From: the human T2T-CHM13v2.0 reference genome, Homo sapiens
DNA length: 64,000 nt
Strand: one strand, 5' to 3'
Assembly (NCBI RefSeq): GCF_009914755.1
Contig: NC_060930.1
Shown: piece by piece, positions 59,732-64,000 of the stretch
Position numbering within the stretch: the first letter of the stretch is position 1
Layout: each line of letters begins with the position of its first letter
The notes under the pieces: model-generated
Databases searched by the model: none
Seen by the model: only the letters and a program-made list of their open reading frames with translations
Told to the model about the DNA's origin: nothing
Program-made: the position numbers and the translations under genes

Positions 59732-59972
59732 TCAGAGTGGAGGAGGGCCATTCGTGTATCTGAGCATGGGGTGGAATGACCGGGCAAAGTTGTTGGAGAG
59801 GGCACAGCTGTAGTCTTCCTCTGACATTGGTACAAGGCAGGCAAGCCCGATGAGGAGGAGCAGGAGAAGCTGAAGGGGAAGAGCTGCTCGGAGGACTCTG
59901 AACAGGAAGCCGCGGCCGGACCGACCTGGCCCTGGCTCAGAAAGGGAGGAATCGGAGCCACCTTTTGTGGAC
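59732..59972 (-). CDS. SYNE1: SYNE1 (nesprin-1) last exon, coding part: transmembrane segment and KASH peptide
   Basis: Minus strand ttcttctctcag|G then [79 protein letters not shown], with the KASH PPPX terminus. Not in the ORF track in this frame. Confidence 0.99.
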
Positions 59973-61337
59973 CTGAGAGAAGAATGGACATAAATTACTC
60001 AGATAACTCCAGTGTCGGAGGGACGCTGCTTTTTGCCTCTGCACCTTCCTGGAAGCTAAAGGGCCATGCCAAGCACACCCCAGCCTGGCGATCAGCTGCC
60101 AGCCTTCCACAGTGTGCCCAGGTCACCCCCCACCATCAAATGAGGTTGTTGGAAACTGCACTGACAAGAAATAAACATTTAGTCAGTCAACTAAACGTAA
60201 GTAATTAGGTTCAAATTCTACTCCTTTTACCCCTTAATGTGGTGAAACATTTTCTATCAACGAAAATAACTGCTCTATACACATTCTACTAGCATGAATT
60301 AAGTAGATCCAGAATAATTAAAATGTAGATATTTGATGCAGCATATTTTTGTTTTAAGAATATCATGAACATTGTTAAGCAAAATTAGTTGCTGTCAGAA
60401 TCATACCAAGTATCCCATCTAGCCATCCTGGATATGCCAAAATCCATGCAGCAAAAATAAAAACAGTCTTTGTCATTTTGCACAGACCCATAAAAGCTTC
60501 ATTAATCATAGAGCATACCCTGGTTTCATCTTGCACTGAATCAGCATCAGGCCCTGACATTAGCGGGTTCCAAAGCTGTACGAACAAGGAATAGCAGTGG
60601 AGTCTGTCTACAGAACACTGGTGTTGTATGATGTAGATGCTAGGCTGATCCTATCACTGACGTCATTACTTTGGAAAATGGACACCATTTTCTGAGGAGG
60701 ATGGACTGTCATCCTACAGCCCCTTCTACACTCAGAGTGACAAGTTTTTCTATTTCACTTTTATCTTCCTTTTAAACAGTGCATTAGAGATTGAGTACAG
60801 GTTTCAGAACTCTTAAGAAGGACTGCCTGGAAAATACAGAATCTGGAAGTAGATTCTGAGTTGGGTGCTACTGTTTTCTTTTTGTGAACAGCCATTACCT
60901 TTTTTTGGTTACTAGCAGAAAAGATGAAGAAAGAAATGTTGTTGACGACAGGCATTTGGTGTACACTCAGACCCATACAACATTGAATGAACAAAAATAA
61001 AAGATGTAGCCAAAAGAAACACTCCCTCACAACTAGTATAAATTCCTTAAGAGTTTTAATATCACCAAGGATAAGGACATTGTATGTGAGGCTACTGAAA
61101 TAATATGAGCGTGTGAAAGCTGTATTGGTAACTGTAGGTTTGGTCCAGAAGAAAGCACTATGTTTGTAGCTCACCTATTACCTATTAATTTCTGAAGACA
61201 GACTACCCTAATATCGGTGGGGGATGCGGAGTGACACCTAAGAAAATAAATGTTAAAAACAGATAGAATCCCCTTAGAAGGGAACAGAGGGAGTATTCAA
61301 AACTCTTTTATTAAACCATCAAAGAAAAATGGGAGAG

Positions 61338-61691
<354 letters not shown>

Positions 61692-62099
61692 TCACTGGTT
61701 TAAATTGGAAGCATGTTCTTTTCTGAAATCCACACAAGTAACGGCAGGGTAATGTAACCTTGAACAACTCACTTCATCTCTAGGTGTCAACCTCTTCACT
61801 AACCTCTTCAAATTAGCATAGATGGTCTTCTAACTTTAAAGTTTACTGTTCGATGTTTTTGTCTTCTACTGATTTGTCAGTATAAATAATCTCCCAAGAA
61901 GCCACAAGAGCTCAATCACCATCTAGTGGTCAAACTGATTAACTGCCCTTGTGCTAAGACCAATGAGTTATTCCTAATAAGCTGAGGGAAAAAAAAGTAT
62001 ATTTTGTGAAAATATAGTAGAACATAAAAGAAGTATGTCATATACCTTATTAATGGAAAAGGAAAATAGAAACTTCTTGAGTTACCTGAGCATAAAATA

Positions 62100-62500
62100 T
62101 TCATGTTGAGACAGGGCCTTAGAGAGCATCCAGTTCATCTCCTAATTTTGTAGGGGAGTAGCTAAGGACAGTTCATGTTTACTCTTCTAATTGCTAGGCA
62201 GCACTCTGAGCATTCATGTTGGGTTCTGTCATTTAATCCCCACAGCAGTCCTCTGCGGTGTGTACTTATTAACTTCATTTTACAGATGATGTGAAAGAAA
62301 GCTCAGGGAAGTGAAATAACTGGCTCAAGCTCACACAGCCAGTGGCAGAAGATTTCAACCCTGTGATTTTAACTACCAGAACCTGGAGACTCTAGACAGG
62401 CTGAATGACTTGCTTCAGATTCTACAGTTAAAGGAAGAGGCCTAGCAGGGACTCAGGCTTCCAAAATCCCTGCTCACTGCACTCTCTGCTGTGAAATGTT
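62100..62500. mobile_element. MIR fragments immediately upstream of the ERalpha36 exon (other MIRs at ~4130-4270, 8690-8890, 47330-47470, 51050-51260, 62725-62790)
   Basis: MIR core CATTTTACAGATGA.G.(A)AA..G(A)GGCTCAG.GA.GTGAA.TAACT and its reverse complement. Confidence 0.7.
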
Positions 62501-62558
62501 TTGCTGGTTGGTGATAGGAATAATGGTAATGGTAATTCAGGTCGTATTCATTTCACAG

Positions 62559-62641
62559 GTATCTCACATGTAGAAGCAAAGAAGAGAATCCTGAACTTGC
62601 ATCCTAAAATATTTGGAAACAAGTGGTTTCCTCGTGTCTAA
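62559..62641 (+). CDS. ESR1: ESR1 alternative terminal exon ('exon 9') coding the unique 27-aa C-terminus of ERalpha36
   Basis: tttcacag|GT ATC TCA CAT GTA GAA GCA...CGT GTC TAA gives (G)ISHVEAKKRILNLHPKIFGNKWFPRV*, the known ERalpha36 tail. Same phase (1) as the exon-7 acceptor. Its 3'UTR continues downstream; the end is not identified. Confidence 0.96.
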
Positions 62642-64000
62642 AGCTTCTGGTCATAAGGCCTCACAGTATCCTGCAGATCATCAAATCCGTGTGTGGACGT
62701 GGGGACATTTTGTTTTGAGGCAGTTACATGACCATGGGCAAGTAAATTAGTCTCTCTGGCCTTCAGTTTTCTCATTTGCAATGATTCAATGGTTTGCCTT
62801 AAAGTGTCTTAAGAAGGATAGGATAGCTACCCACAAACTTTGGATCAAATTTTCTTCAAAACATCCTTCCCCTGACTTTAAAATATGCCCTGGCAACCAA
62901 CACTCAACACCTGTAGCTAGATGAGTTATAACAGAGTGACTGAAGAGAGCTCCCACAATTCCTAGTTATTAAATACCTGACTAATTTTCATTAGGAGACA
63001 TTTAAGAACTTTAGTGATGGGAAGATTTACATATATAATTGATAGTACAATCTGACAGAGCTGAATAGCTCCTGTTTGTCAACTGTTAAATTCTTTGTGC
63101 AATTAGGTCAAAGATCAAGATCAAAACAAGGGCTGCCCATTGACCTGTTCACTCCTGAGAAAAATGGCAAACCATTGAATCATAAATCATGACAGCCAAA
63201 ATAATTTTAGGATATTAATGCACCCCTCATCTTTGCAAATGAGAAAACTGAAGGCCGGAGAGACTAATTTACTTGCCCATTTTTGATAAAAATGTCACCA
63301 TTTACAGAATGTGGACTCCTATGTTGGAGTCTGTTGAAGGACATGGCACATTTAACAGCATCAGAGCATTTTTTATTAAAATTTAATTTGTGCATGACTT
63401 CTAATGCTGAAGAACGCCAAGCTAGGAAGAAGTCATGGGCTGAGATGGGGACAGAGAGAACACACAATATTCAGTGACCGTCCGTGCAGCTGGCTGCCCT
63501 TGAAAATATCCGAACTATCCACTGGGAAAATGCCTGTCCCCTTGGGGTAATTACCAGAGTTTCAACATGCCCAAAGCTGCCTCATCTTCAGGGGGAACTT
63601 GTTCTAGCGATTTTAGTATCAAGAAGCTAATGGTCCCAGGGAAAGGGTTATTTTTAATATTTATCTACTGTGCTAAAAATCACCTAAGTTTCTAGAGTCT
63701 TGGGAAATTTCATAAGGGAAAGAACAAAGGCAACTTGTTGACTACCCACTGGTCATTCTCCTCTGGTCTTATTACATACATGGATGCCAGTTTAGATTGT
63801 GTTTATATAGGAAAAATTAAATGTGTGAGCCTCCTTAAGGAACATCATCAATACAGATATATCAGATAGTTCTGTCTAGCAAAAAACGTGCTTATTTGCT
63901 ACAAGTAAATTTTTATTTATTTTTCTCACTTCCCTCACTCCTTCAAATTTCCAGGTAAATAGCTGCCCAGGAGTTGCTTCATCTCTGTCCCAAAATACCT

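Noticed and set aside
59698-59991. 97-aa minus ORF in the track over the SYNE1 exon
   Set aside because: Wrong frame; the KASH-coding frame is set by the splice acceptor at 59973-59974.

Overview
Human genomic DNA from the ESR1/SYNE1 locus (6q25), identified from the encoded proteins and two human-specific Alu subfamilies. The + strand carries the 3' part of ESR1 (estrogen receptor alpha): most of intron 6, exon 7 (31693-31876), intron 7, exon 8 (36040-~40582, stop at 36274, ~4.3 kb 3'UTR) and the ERalpha36-specific terminal exon (acceptor at 62558, coding GISHVEAKKRILNLHPKIFGNKWFPRV*). The - strand carries the last exon of SYNE1 (nesprin-1 KASH domain, 59972-59732) and part of its last intron, so the two genes interdigitate. 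The rest is typical primate repeat-rich DNA. The most unusual structure is in ESR1 intron 6: a complete THE1A element whose 3' LTR is split by a full-length L1PA7-like element. That L1 carries 231 bp of non-L1, non-THE1 sequence inside its target-site duplication, an apparent 5' transduction. Other items worth checking are candidate alternative acceptors for the ESR1 exon-6 donor, two young Alus with perfect TSDs, a tandem duplication that doubles a miR-18 site, and a perfect 12-bp inverted repeat. I see no evidence of a new protein-coding gene or a wholly new biological system. Repeat subfamily calls are from recalled consensus features, not from an alignment.
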